Below, one piece after another: positions 1 through 8,829 of a stretch of DNA of 13,043 nt (positions are counted from its first letter, which is position 1; each line of letters begins with the position of its first letter). This DNA comes from Octopus sinensis (Eukaryota): assembly GCF_006345805.1 (NCBI RefSeq), contig NW_021826448.1:1-13043 (forward strand), written 5' to 3'. The translations under genes and the position numbers were made by a program. Under the pieces are notes generated by a model. That model did no database searches. It was not told the DNA's origin and saw only the letters and a program-made list of their open reading frames with translations.

Positions 1-446
1 GATAAGTTATAAATAATCGTGAAAGCAAAGTATTTTGGAAAGAAAGCAACGACAATATAAGACTCCAAGTTTGCGAACGTATTTGAGAGAAAAGCGAAAT
101 AACCTGCGGGCAAATTCTAGAGTCAGAGGGAAAAGAAAGGTCAAGTTGTTACATCTATCTAATAAGAGAGTAAAAATCTGAAGATATTGTTTTAAGGAGA
201 TATCATCTTCTTGAAGCTTGAACTGTGAAATATCCTGAGTTTATTCTTAAATTGTCAGAACAAAGAAGATAATAGAAATCCTGTTTATCGAGACTAGGAA
301 AAGGGAACATTAAAAGGCAGAAGATATTGTTTCCAGTGAGATTTGTCCGGTTGGTCGATTTTTAACTAAAAGTGAAGCTTCCTCAACAAACTATGTTACA
401 GTCATGAACCTTAAAGGTAAGTCAATTAATGATATTAAGAATGGAA

Positions 447-570
447 GTTGTTGTTGTTTAGCCCAAGATCAGTCCTGATCCAGACGGACCTATTATCAAG
501 GACGTTCCAGCTGTGACCATCCCATCTTTCATTCAGGCATAGTGTATCTAGGACTACATTATCTAATGTA
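447..570 (-). mobile_element. 3' end of a retroposon (SINE/LINE tail) with (CAA)n tail
   Basis: The minus strand ends ...GATCTTGGGCTAAACAACAACAAC. It resembles an abundant octopus repeat as I recall it; the family is not assigned. Confidence 0.45.
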
Positions 571-599
571 TAATATAGCAGTTAGTATTATAATCTTGG

Positions 600-1215
600 A
601 GGGAATAATTTTGACGGGTACTTAAAGCAAGCGGTGAGCCTGTATAATCCATAGAATTCCACTTATTCCCTCAGATATGCCTTTCCAGTACAAGTGCCTT
701 CATAATTCTATGATATGCTTTACGACTCTAGCAGCTCTTAATAAAACTTTCTTCACTATTTCCTATAAAGGAGTATATATCTACTCGAGCAAACTCCACG
801 CAGCCTTCTGCTTATATTAACCCTCTTCTGTACTTTCTAGGTATGTATAATCTTGCTATTCTTGCCCTTGGGTCGAGTCCTCCATTCATATTGAATTCCT
901 TCCTAGTTCTTCTGTCTAGCTTTGCTAATTCAGTTATCCCCAATCTACAAAAGCTGCTGAGTATCTAAGTAATGATACGACCCAAGTATTTACGGCCTTC
1001 GCTAGATTCGAACCATTTACTTTGATTTCATTAGCTTCCTCACCCTTCTGATGTACTCCTTCTCAATTTTCGTTTTCATTTCTGTAGATAGTACTCTGGC
1101 AGATTCTAATACGTCTAGATACTTATAACTCTCTCTTCCTTTCTCTGATTTTAATGTCTGGCCATCTGTTAATTGGATGCCTTCACTGTTGACAACCTGT
1201 CTCCTTCTCATGACT
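600..1215 (-). mobile_element. R4/Dong-like non-LTR retrotransposon fragment (RT C-terminal/thumb region), frameshifted
   Basis: Minus-strand translation across frameshifts gives ESYKYLDVLE...EKEYIRRVRKLMKSK(L)NGSNLAKAVNTWVVSLLRYSAAFVDW..ELAKLDRRTRK..ARLYIPRK..RGL..ALSTRQNY. This matches the R4/Dong pattern YKYLG..EY.RR....KLNG.N...AINTW.....RY....W...EL..LDRKTRK...RLY.PRK.GGRGL. Confidence 0.8.
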
Positions 1216-1227
1216 AATATTACACAA

Positions 1228-1615
1228 GGCGGCGAGCTGGCAGAAACGTTATAGCACGTCGGGCGAAATGCGTAGCCGTATTTCGTCAGCCGTTACGTTC
1301 TGAGTTCAAATTCCGCCGAGGTCGACTTTGCCTTTCATCCTTTCGGGGTCGATAAATTAAGTACCAGTTTTGCACTGGGGTCAATGTAATCGACTTAATC
1401 CCTTTGTCTGTTCTTGTTTTTTCCCTCTGTGTTTAGCCTCTTGTGGGTAGTAAAGAAATAGGCATTTCGTCTGCCGCTACGTTCTGAGTTGAAAATCCGC
1501 CGAGGATGACTTTGCCTTTCATCCTTTCGGTGTCGATAAATTAAGTAGCAGTTACGTAGTGAGGTCGATATAATCGACTTAATCCCTTTGTCTGTTTGTC
1601 CCCTCTGTGTTAGCC
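1228..1615 (+). mobile_element. tRNA-derived SINE (octopus OK-like), full unit plus 5'-truncated second unit
   Basis: A-box-like GGCGAGCTGGCAGAA and B-box GTTCAAATTCC (1304-1314), followed by body GCCGAGGTCGACTTTGCCTTTCATCCTTTCGGGGTCGATAAATTAAGTACCAG. A second unit restarts at 1464 (ATTTCGTCTG). A near-identical copy lies at 2085-2468. Confidence 0.9.
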
Positions 1616-1699
1616 AGACAAAAAAAGAAAGAGACTGAGAGAGATAAATAGAACACAATGTATGTATGCTGTATACTTGTATGCTTGTATATTTTTCAG

Positions 1700-2022
1700 G
1701 AATGGAAACATCATTCAATTGTCATTTGATTCCCTGTTGCTGCCAGCTTTTGACGCTTGTAGTTTTCGTGACTCGACGACTGGAGAGTCAGCGAACAGAA
1801 ATGGTTTATTCAGAAAAAATCACTTCTTCAAAAATGCACAAGTGACCAGAGAATAACAACTGCAAAAACGGTGTCTGCTATAGAATGTTCGAGTTGGTGC
1901 ATTGTCACAAGACGAATGCCAGTATTTAGCTATTGTAAAGGTACACATATACATGGATTGTGGTACGACAAAGAAACGAAGATGATTGCAACTGTTCATT
2001 GTATATTCGTTCCCAGAAAACG
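1700..2022 (+). pseudogene. Candidate exon: signal-peptide-like N-terminus plus PAN/apple-like Cys pattern, frameshifted as given
   Basis: Acceptor TATTTTTCAG|G at 1699/1700, ATG at 1702, hydrophobic LLTLVVFV, and donor CG|GTATGT at 2022/2023. After the frameshift at ~1843 it reads DQRITTAKTVSAIECSSWCIVT..(ECQV)FSYCKG, which fits the PAN pattern S..EC...C.....C..F.Y. Confidence 0.45.
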
Positions 2023-2084
2023 GTATGTAAATCAGCATTTTCTTGAATAATGTTCTGATTTTGATATATTTTTAATCATAAGAG

Positions 2085-2468
2085 GGCGGCGAGCTGGCAA
2101 GAATCGTTAGCACGCCGGGCGAAATGCGTAGCCGTATTTCGTCTGCCGTTACGTTTGAGTTCAAATTCCGCCGAGGTCGACTTTGCCTTTCATCCTTCGG
2201 GGTCGATTAAATAAGTACCAGTTACGTACTGGGGTCGATATAATCGACTTAATCCGTCTGTCTGTACTTGTTTGTCCCCTCGGTGTTTAGCCCCTTGTGG
2301 GTAGTAAAGAAATAGGTATTTCGTCTGCAGCTACGTTCTGAGTTCAAATTCCGCCGAGGTCGACTTTGCCTTTCATCCTTTCGGGGTCGATAAATTAAGT
2401 ACCAGTTACGCACTGTGGTTGATATAATCGACTTAATCCGTTTGTCTGTCCTTGTTTGTCCTCTCTGG
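2085..2468 (+). mobile_element. tRNA-derived SINE (same family as 1228-1615), full unit plus truncated second unit
   Basis: Same head (GGCGGCGAGCTGGCA), B-box and body as the first copy. The second unit restarts at 2318 after AAAGAAATAGGT. Confidence 0.9.
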
Positions 2469-2597
2469 TAGAATGTGTTTATAAAACATCTTTTTCTCTT
2501 GGCTTTATTGAGAAATTAGATGTTGTAAGATATTTGTTGTTGTTTTCTTCAATTTCTGCAATTTCAATCAATCAATGAGTCCATTAAGGTAAAAAAA

Positions 2598-2811
2598 AAC
2601 ATTCTGTGCCGTATGAATATGTCCTCGTTTAAGAAACAGATTGGGTTTATTTACATGTGGAAAAAAAGATTCCCTTCCCCTACCCCTAACCCTAACTAAC
2701 CTAACCCTAAAACAGATAGAAATGCAATAGATCGATACTAGGGTCATAATTATGGGTGACAATTTCATATGACACCGCTAGAAAAAACTGCCGTTCAAAC
2801 CGAAAAGATCC
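2598..2811. mobile_element. Interspersed repeat of unassigned class containing telomeric-type CCCTAA repeats
   Basis: 2728-2811 is nearly identical to 8292-8377 and both stop at AAGATCC. CCCTAA-type units occur at 2684-2710. Confidence 0.6.
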
Positions 2812-3078
2812 GGAAAGTGAATACTTTACGGCTCTTTTCAATGATGAGTTTTTAAAATTTATTCTGCGAGAGACTGACAGTTATTTTAGTATTTGTACAA
2901 AATGGAAGTGAAAGTGCAAGTAAGTGTAAATATCACCCTGAGAAACAAAAGAGACATTTTTTCGTTTTTTACCAGTTTGTCCAACACATTTATGTAACTC
3001 GTTCCTTCCATTTCAGGGTTAACATCTTGTCTATACATTTACATGTAAATTGTTCATTTCTATTTATTGCTGATTCAG

Positions 3079-3168
3079 GTACGAACTGGCAGAGAATGTT
3101 TAAAATGACCGAAAACGCATTTACAAGAAGTCTTATTATTATACTGTGACAAATTTCCTATGGAAAAG
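3079..3168 (+). pseudogene. Candidate short exon, frameshifted as given
   Basis: Acceptor TTTCTATTTATTGCTGATTCAG|G and donor AAG|GTAATG. It reads (G)TNWQRMFKMTENAF-then-KKSYYYTVTNFLWK if one A is restored in an A run near 3125. All three frames are closed as written. Confidence 0.35.
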
Positions 3169-3210
3169 GTAATGAATTTTGAAATTTCAAAATTTTCGGC
3201 ATTTAATAAA

Positions 3211-3316
3211 CGTAGGAGTGGCTTTTGTGGTAAGTAGCATGCTTACGAACCACATGGTTCCGGGTTCAGCCCACTGTGTGGCACATTGGGCAATGTCTTC
3301 TACTGTAGCTTGGGCC
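3211..3316 (+). mobile_element. 5' fragment of CORE-type tRNA SINE (octopus OR-like)
   Basis: CGTAGGAGTGGC..GTGGTAAGTAGC..GGTTCCGGGTTCAG.CCCACTG.GTGGCAC.TTGGGCAA is homologous to the reverse complement of 5545-5650. Confidence 0.75.
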
Positions 3317-3370
3317 ACTCCTACACCTATGTTGATAGTTCTTCTTCTTCTTCTGCTTCTTCTCCTAATC

Positions 3371-3923
3371 ATTATTATATATTATTATTGAGTGAGAGAG
3401 CAGTTCATGCCATCAAAGTGACACTGGGGTAAAATATACGAAGCCCAAATATACCCATCATGACTACCCGTCTGATAAAGGTACACAGGCACATGCATCA
3501 CAAACCATATGTGCGCGACATGGTGATCTCATATCAAGATAAACAGCACATGACCTTCAGGTGGGGCCCAGTTAGAATTTTCTTCAGGTTGAGTAGCCCA
3601 TCCCGCTCAAAGGTCCCGGAATAGGGTTGTTTAAGGATGTTGAAAGAACCACCCATGTTTCCAGAGGTGAACTATTCAAACCCCAAAGAATCCCTCTCAA
3701 CACATGGCTATGATGCTCCCCCACTATCTGCTCGTGATCAGAGATGCACATATCGTCAGCCACTAAGGGACATGCTCAACTGGTTAAGGTCAAACAACTG
3801 ACAAGCAAATCTGTGGTATTGAGCAGAATATTTGCTGTAGCCCATCTTTTATACTGTAGCACATCTTTTATACTGTAGCCCATCTTTTATACTGTAGCCC
3901 ATCTTTTATACTGTAGCCCATCT
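3371..3923 (-). mobile_element. (AAT)n-tailed retroposon (LINE 3' UTR or SINE-like; 'element A')
   Basis: The minus strand ends ...CTCTCTCACTCAATAATAAT. An internally deleted second copy lies at 4274-4542, and the 5' end carries 19-bp tandem repeats. Confidence 0.7.
3835..3923. repeat. 19-bp tandem repeat, ~4.7 copies (CTGTAGCCCATCTTTTATA)
   Basis: Units start at 3835, 3854, 3873, 3892 and 3911 (partial), with one substitution in unit 2. Confidence 0.95.
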
Positions 3924-4273
3924 CTATTATTATTTTATTATTATTATATATTATTATATTATTATTATTATTATATTTTATTATTATTATTCTATGTTTG
4001 ACTTTTGCTTTATGTCTATACAAGTTGGCTCCAAGTCTCACCCAGAGACCTCAAGAGACAACAGGTTGGAAGTTCTGTGCCATATATTTGGTGTTTTTTT
4101 TTTGTGTTGTACTAGTGAATGTCTAATACATAAAAAAAAATAAATAAAAAAAGTTTGTTTGTAAACCTTGGGCTTACATAGAGAGTATTTTGCGTAGGAT
4201 ATGAGCAGTTCCCATGAGCACTATCTTTGAAATTTCTGCCATTTTGGGGTTTCCTGGTATCTGAGTTAGGTAG
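3924..4273 (-). mobile_element. 3' end of R4/Dong-like LINE: ORF C-terminus, 3' UTR and (AAT)n tail
   Basis: The minus strand encodes LTQIPGNPKMAEISKIVLMGTAHILRKILSM* (stop at 4174-4176), matching the R4/Dong C-terminal motif Q K..L.GTAHILRK.L. The (AAT)n tail is at ~3924-3992. Confidence 0.8.
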
Positions 4274-4318
4274 CATCATTATTATTATTATTATATTATT
4301 ATTATTTTATTATTATTA

Positions 4319-4362
<44 letters not shown>

Positions 4363-4542
4363 CATCATTATTGAGTGAGTAAGCAGTGCATGCCATCAAA
4401 GTGGCCTGGGTAAAATATATAAAGCCCGTAGTATACCCATCATGACTACCCATTAAGGATGTTGAACGAATCACCCATGTTTCCAGAGGTGAATTATTCA
4501 ATCCCCAAATAATCCCTCTCAACACATGGCTATGATGCTCCC
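4274..4542 (-). mobile_element. Second copy of element A with ~160-nt internal deletion and long (AAT)n tail
   Basis: 4373-4451 matches 3390-3469 and 4453-4542 matches 3631-3722. The (ATT)n tail is at 4274-4372. Confidence 0.8.
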
Positions 4543-4599
4543 TCAAGACCGTCACAATGACTAGAGGGTACAATATTTAGTGGCTTTTAGTTACAGATC

Positions 4600-4670
4600 T
4601 TCACTTTCTGAGTTCAAGTTCCGTCGAGGTTACCTTTGATTTACATCATTCTAGGGACGATAAAATAACA
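4600..4670 (+). mobile_element. Degenerate fragment of the OK-like SINE
   Basis: TTCTGAGTTCAAGTTCCGTCGAGGTTACCTTTGATTTACATCATTCTAGGGACGATAAAATAA aligns to the SINE body with many substitutions. Confidence 0.6.
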
Positions 4671-4679
4671 TGACAAACG

Positions 4680-5150
4680 TCATCAGATCGTAGTGAGAGG
4701 ATTTCATAGACGTCAACATAACTAAGTGTGTTTGGAGATTGAATCGGTGTCTTGACCAGGAATACTTTTAGGTTTCAAAGGAGACTGAGCAAATGAATCA
4801 GAATATCGAATGATTCGTTCTTGTCATCGGTACGTTGGTGTAGGAAGACCGCAAGAGTTGAAAGGGATTGTGAGCATGGGAACTAATAAAAAAGCGATTT
4901 AAGGAGGAATTTGAAGAGAGATTGGACAGCAGCTGAAGTTGGATCGATGAGGAGAAGTAGAACAACCTGGGGTTTTAACTGCTAAGATTGAAATAAGAAT
5001 GGTGAGTGTTTATAAGCGTAGGTGTATAGGGTTGAGTAAACATGAGTTGGAGGAAGACGGAGAGAGATTATGAGAAGGTTCTGTGTCGGGAAGCAAAACT
5101 GTTTGTCTTAAAGTTTGAAAGAAAGAGGTGGAAGGATGAAGTTTAGGTCG
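4680..5150 (-). mobile_element. Possible old LINE relic (CR1/Jockey-like C-terminal region)
   Basis: Only weak motifs are seen on the minus strand (LIDPTSAAVQSL; HAHNPFQL..RTNH; YSDSF) and it is heavily disrupted. Confidence 0.25.
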
Positions 5151-5170
5151 AAATTTGCGAATATGTAGAT

Positions 5171-5171
<1 letters not shown>

Positions 5172-5214
<43 letters not shown>

Positions 5215-5414
5215 TTGCTTCAGTCATTTGACTGCGGCAATGCTGGAGCACCACCTTTAGTCGAGCAAATCGACCTCAGGACGTATCTTTGTAAGCCCAG
5301 TACTTATTCTATCGGACTCTTTTTGCCGAACCGCTAAGTGACAGGGAAATAAACACACCATCGACGGTGGGGGGGGACAAACACAGACACACAAACATAT
5401 ACTCACACATACAT

Positions 5415-5490
<76 letters not shown>

Positions 5491-5650
5491 GACAGGCTTC
5501 TTTCAGTTTCCGTCTACCAAATCCACTCACAAGGCATTGGTCGGCCCGAGGCTATAGCAGAAGACGCTTGCCCAAGGTGCCACGCGGTGGGACTGAACCC
5601 GGAACCGTTTGGTTGGTAAGCAAGCTACTCACCACACAGCCACTCCTGCG
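5172..5650 (-). mobile_element. Full-length CORE-type tRNA SINE (OR-like) with internal (TA)/(TG) microsatellite and (GA)n tail
   Basis: On the minus strand: tRNA-like head CGCAGGAGTGGCTGTGTGG..GGTTCCGGGTTCAGTCCC, CORE-like GGCACCTTGGGCAAG, a microsatellite at ~5385-5489, a 3' body ending GACTGAAGCAAGTAAAA, and (GA)n at 5172-5209. Confidence 0.85.
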
Positions 5651-6097
5651 GGACGGTAAAAATAAGAATGCTGCTCCCTCGAGACGAACTTGAGAACAGG
5701 GTATAAAGTAACACTCCACCAGGGCCAAAAGAACATAATGGACATACCTACATGCGTACCTACCCCCAACACCTACAATCCTTCTGGCATCCGCTCCCTA
5801 CGTCCGTTCATCTCAGAGTCTTGATCAAGAAAGGGGTTGTTTAAAAGCCCCGTTTCTTGACGTCATCTCACTTCTCTTTTACTTCCGGTTCAGATGTCTC
5901 CCTTCATTTCTCCACAGGACATCAATGTGACATTGATGTGGGATTGATTCTTGCTATTTTTACCTTTTGTTTTTGTTTTTATTCTGATTTTGTCAGGGTC
6001 TTCTACTTCCCTCAAATGCAACGAAACTTTTGCAAAGACTCCGAAATCATAACTCATTGGCCCTTAATCCGATTCTCTGTCTTATAAGTTACCCATC

Positions 6098-6390
6098 TTT
6101 TCCTCCTAAACCCAAGATCTTTCTCTCCCTCTCTCTTAGCTTTGCCCTTCTAACGCTACATTGCATTTCGCTTCTTCTTCTTCTCTCTCTCCTCCTCCTC
6201 CTCCTCTTCCTCTTCCTCCTCCTCCTCCTCCTCCTCCTCCTATCTCTTGTCTTTCTTGTCTTTTTCTCTGCACTCAAAGTCTTACTCTTACCCCACTGTC
6301 CTCTCTATCTCCTTCTCGCCCTCCTACTCTCTCCTTATATCACATCTAGTCTCCTTTTCTTCCTACAACTCTCTGTCCCTCACTCTCTCA
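6098..6390. repeat. Polypyrimidine/low-complexity tract with (CCT)n and (CT)n
   Basis: Visible directly. It generates the Leu-, Pro- and Arg-rich ORFs in the track. Confidence 0.9.
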
Positions 6391-6427
6391 TATTCGTTAC
6401 TGATACGAGTTTATGTTCCATTTCCAG

Positions 6428-6572
6428 AAGGAATTTCGGTTGACAATAGGAATTGATCATATTATAACTTTCAATGGAACAGGGATGAATTCTACATCGT
6501 GGCTGCATAATGAGAAAATCCTTTTAATTCATTTCCGGATTGGAAAATTCTCAAATTTACTTTCAATAAGAA
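6428..6572 (+). CDS. Candidate exon of the putative host gene (one apparent -1 indel)
   Basis: Acceptor GTTCCATTTCCAG|AAG. It reads KEFRLTIGIDHIITFNGTGMNSTSWLHNEKIL, then (F)NSFPDWKILKFTFNK if one T is restored at 6522-6525. The weak donor AA|GTATAA at 6573 is phase 2, matching the exon at 8830. Confidence 0.4.
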
Positions 6573-6659
6573 GTATAAACAACCTCCTTATTCATAATTA
6601 ACACCTTCAACTAATTGTTCCATAAGTAATTCTTTTGAACACTTTCACTGTGTATATAA

Positions 6660-6900
6660 TTTAATTCAATTTTTATTGGCTCAAAGAGCAAAAGCAAGGC
6701 CATGTAGGGGGACAGGGAGTTATGTACAGGAAGGGTGGTCATACAAAGAGTTCAGGTCATTTCTGGTCAAGAGAGACTTTGAACCGAGCGGTCGTCGGCA
6801 TCTTCACTATCTCGTCCGACAGCTTATTCCACGGATTCACAACCCGGTCGGAAAAAGCCCCTCTCCTTCGATTGAGATGAAATCGTCGTAGATAGAGCTT
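6660..6900 (-). mobile_element. CR1-clade LINE 3' end, copy 1
   Basis: The minus strand reads LYLRRFHLNRRRGAFSDRVVNPWNKLSDEIVKMPTTARFKVSLDQK*PELFV*, which fits the CR1 C-terminal F..RVVN.WN.L..E.V......FK..LD. AATAAA and an (ATTGA)n tail follow. Confidence 0.85.
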
Positions 6901-7332
6901 ATATATATATATATATATAAAAGTAAATATAAGAGAATGGTCACTATGTGGCTCATTCTAGCACTAGAAAATCCAAAAGGTTTCAACCACAAAAATACAT
7001 GTTTCCTATGAAAGTCAGTACGATTGTTAGCTCACACGAACAGGCAAATAAAAAATAACACAAAATACAGATTATTTTGGGACAATGTTTCGCTATTAAT
7101 GAATTAAATGTAATTTTACTTACAAAAACCCACTTGTAGCTCCTCAGCCAAAACTATCTGGATGAAATCCACTCAATCACACGCCAGATTTTACCATAAC
7201 GATAAATACACGTGTGGTTCAATTGATTACATCCGACGTTATAATTCAAATGCCCTTACCAACAGCGCGCCAAACTTCACGGAAACAAATACTACATTTA
7301 GAATAAATGTAGCATAACTATAATTAATTAAT

Positions 7333-7463
7333 AGGGTGAGAGAATTAGATACTAATTTAATAGCATATCTATTCAACACCAAGTGGCCCAGTGCCTCGAG
7401 AAACCTGGGCCACTTGGTGTTGAATAGATATGCTATTAAATTAGTATCTAATTCTCTCACCCT
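7333..7463. repeat. Perfect 59-bp inverted repeat with 13-nt loop
   Basis: 7333-7391 is the exact reverse complement of 7405-7463, with loop TGCCTCGAGAAAC. It extends to 7325/7472 with one bulge. Confidence 0.95.
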
Positions 7464-7475
7464 TATTAATTATTT

Positions 7476-7517
<42 letters not shown>

Positions 7518-7522
7518 ATATA

Positions 7523-7771
7523 TTCAATTCAATTCAATTCAATTTTTATTGGCTCAAAAGTGAAAGCAAGGTCATGTAGGGGGACAGGGAGTTATGTACA
7601 GGAAGGGTGGTCATACAAAGAGTTCAGGTCATTTCTGGTCAAGAGAGACTTTGAACCGAGCGTCGTCGGCATCTTCACTATCTCGTCCGACAGCTTATTC
7701 CACGGATTCACAACCCGGACGGAAAAAGCCCCTCTCCTTCGATTGAGATGAAATCGTCGTAGATAGAGCTT
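7523..7771 (-). mobile_element. CR1-clade LINE 3' end, copy 2
   Basis: Near-identical to copy 1, with the same 5' truncation and the same W>stop. (TA)n flanks both sides. Confidence 0.85.
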
Positions 7772-7816
7772 TATATATATAATATAATATATATATATAT
7801 AATATATATATATATA

Positions 7817-8091
7817 TTCAATTCAATTCAATTCAATTTTTATTGGCTCAAAAAGTGAAAGCAAGGTCATGTAGGGGGACAGGGAGTTATGTACAGGGAG
7901 GGTGGTCATACAAAGAGTTCAGGCCATTTCTGGTCAAGAGAGACTTTGAACCGAGTGGTCGTCGGCATCTTCACTATCTCGTCCGGCAGCTTATTCCACG
8001 GATCCGCAACCCGGGCGGAGAAAGCCCCTCTCCTTCGATTGAGATGAAATCGTCATAGATAGAAGTTTTCGGAGTGACCCCGCAGCCCACG
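7817..8091 (-). mobile_element. CR1-clade LINE 3' end, copy 3 (longer)
   Basis: Minus strand RGLRGHSENFYL*RFHLNRRRGAFSARVADPWNKLPDEIVKMPTTTRFKVSLDQKWPELFV*, including the CR1 LRGH motif. Confidence 0.85.
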
Positions 8092-8200
8092 CTAACTTTA
8101 CAGATATACTTTATATCCCATTGTTGTATAATATTATAATTCCATAATAATAATCATTTCTTCCATAGGCAGAACGTCTGATAGTTTGTTGGGGGCGGGT

Positions 8201-8290
8201 GGGATTAGTCGATTTCATCAGTAACAGTAACAACTGGTAATTATTTCAACGATCCCCGAAATATGTAAAAGACAAAATCGACTTCGGCAA
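8201..8290 (-). mobile_element. Degenerate OK-like SINE fragment
   Basis: The reverse complement resembles GCCGAGGTCGACTTTGCC..TCGGGGTCG.TAAA.TAAGTACCAGT..ATCGACT.AATCC. Confidence 0.5.
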
Positions 8291-8291
8291 T

Positions 8292-8377
8292 ATAGATCGA
8301 TACTAGGGTCATAATTATGGGTGACAATTTCATATGACACCGCTAGAAAAAAACTGCCGTTCAAACCGAAAAGATCC
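8292..8377. mobile_element. Terminal fragment of the repeat at 2598-2811
   Basis: About 85 nt nearly identical to 2728-2811 and ending at the same AAGATCC. Confidence 0.8.
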
Positions 8378-8395
8378 CAAATTGTATATAAAACA

Positions 8396-8699
8396 CTAGC
8401 AGTATCGTCCGGCGTTGCTCGGGTTTGTAAGAGAAATAACTATATAAGCATTTTTAGAGAGTTACTTCCCTTATATAAACCGAGCAAAAAATGCATTAAA
8501 AATGGGAAAAAATTATGGTAATTTTTTTTAAAATCGTAGACTCATCGTAGACGCGCGCTAATACGCAGAGAAACTCGATATGAATCACAACTATAAGATA
8601 CCCGCTTTTGGTTAAACTGCACCGCAAAATGTGGGAGTAGTTAGGAATCTAAATCAGCGGAGACAGAGTCTCACACAACTTCATTTTTATATATAAAGA
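8396..8699 (-). mobile_element. Non-autonomous Helitron-like element (~304 bp)
   Basis: The minus strand starts TC (A|TCTTTATATATAAAAATG) and ends CTAG|T. The subterminal GC hairpin CCCGAGCAACGCCGG lies just before the end, and the insertion is between A and T. Confidence 0.75.
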
Positions 8700-8829
8700 T
8701 TAATATCAGAGATGAAATTATAAACTCATTAATTTAATTAAACAGAACCGATTATTGTAAATAAAGTCGTAAAAATTTTCTTTATGTTTAAGTTTATTAA
8801 ATTAATCAATTGTAATATATTAGTTTCAG

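Noticed and set aside
1-446. Purine-rich segment that might be a decayed coding or LINE relic
   Set aside because: No recognisable motif in the frames I read.
1228-1320. tRNA gene suggested by A- and B-box motifs
   Set aside because: No cloverleaf is seen and it continues into a repeated SINE body.
3835-3923. CRISPR-like array
   Set aside because: The units are contiguous with no spacers and the context is eukaryotic.
5919-5939. ACATCAATGT-G-ACATTGATGT palindrome next to a good acceptor (TCTCCACAG|G at 5917)
   Set aside because: 10-bp arms in AT-rich DNA are weak evidence, and there is no convincing donor or protein motif downstream.
6030-6456. Leu-, Arg- and Pro-rich ORFs up to 137 aa
   Set aside because: They are translations of the (CCT)n/(CT)n tract.
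7140-7317. Open frame SSAKTIWMKSTQSHARFYHNDKYTCGS...INVA* after TTGTAG
   Set aside because: The acceptor lacks a pyrimidine tract and I recognise no motif. It remains possible as an alternative exon but is not supported enough to call.
7384-7417. GAAAC in the palindrome loop as a hammerhead remnant
   Set aside because: There is no CUGANGA and no UH cleavage triplet.
7239-7563. Twin ORFs MRELDTNLIAYLFNTKWP on opposite strands
   Set aside because: They are a by-product of the 59-bp palindrome.
6676-8058. Three similar plus-strand ORFs (MAQR/KAR.CRGTGSYVQ...)
   Set aside because: They are antisense readings of CR1 3' ends, whose real frame is on the minus strand.
8190-8230. CTGATGA on the minus strand (similar hits near 4685 - and CTGAAGA at 178 +)
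   Set aside because: No GAAA or stem architecture at the required spacing.
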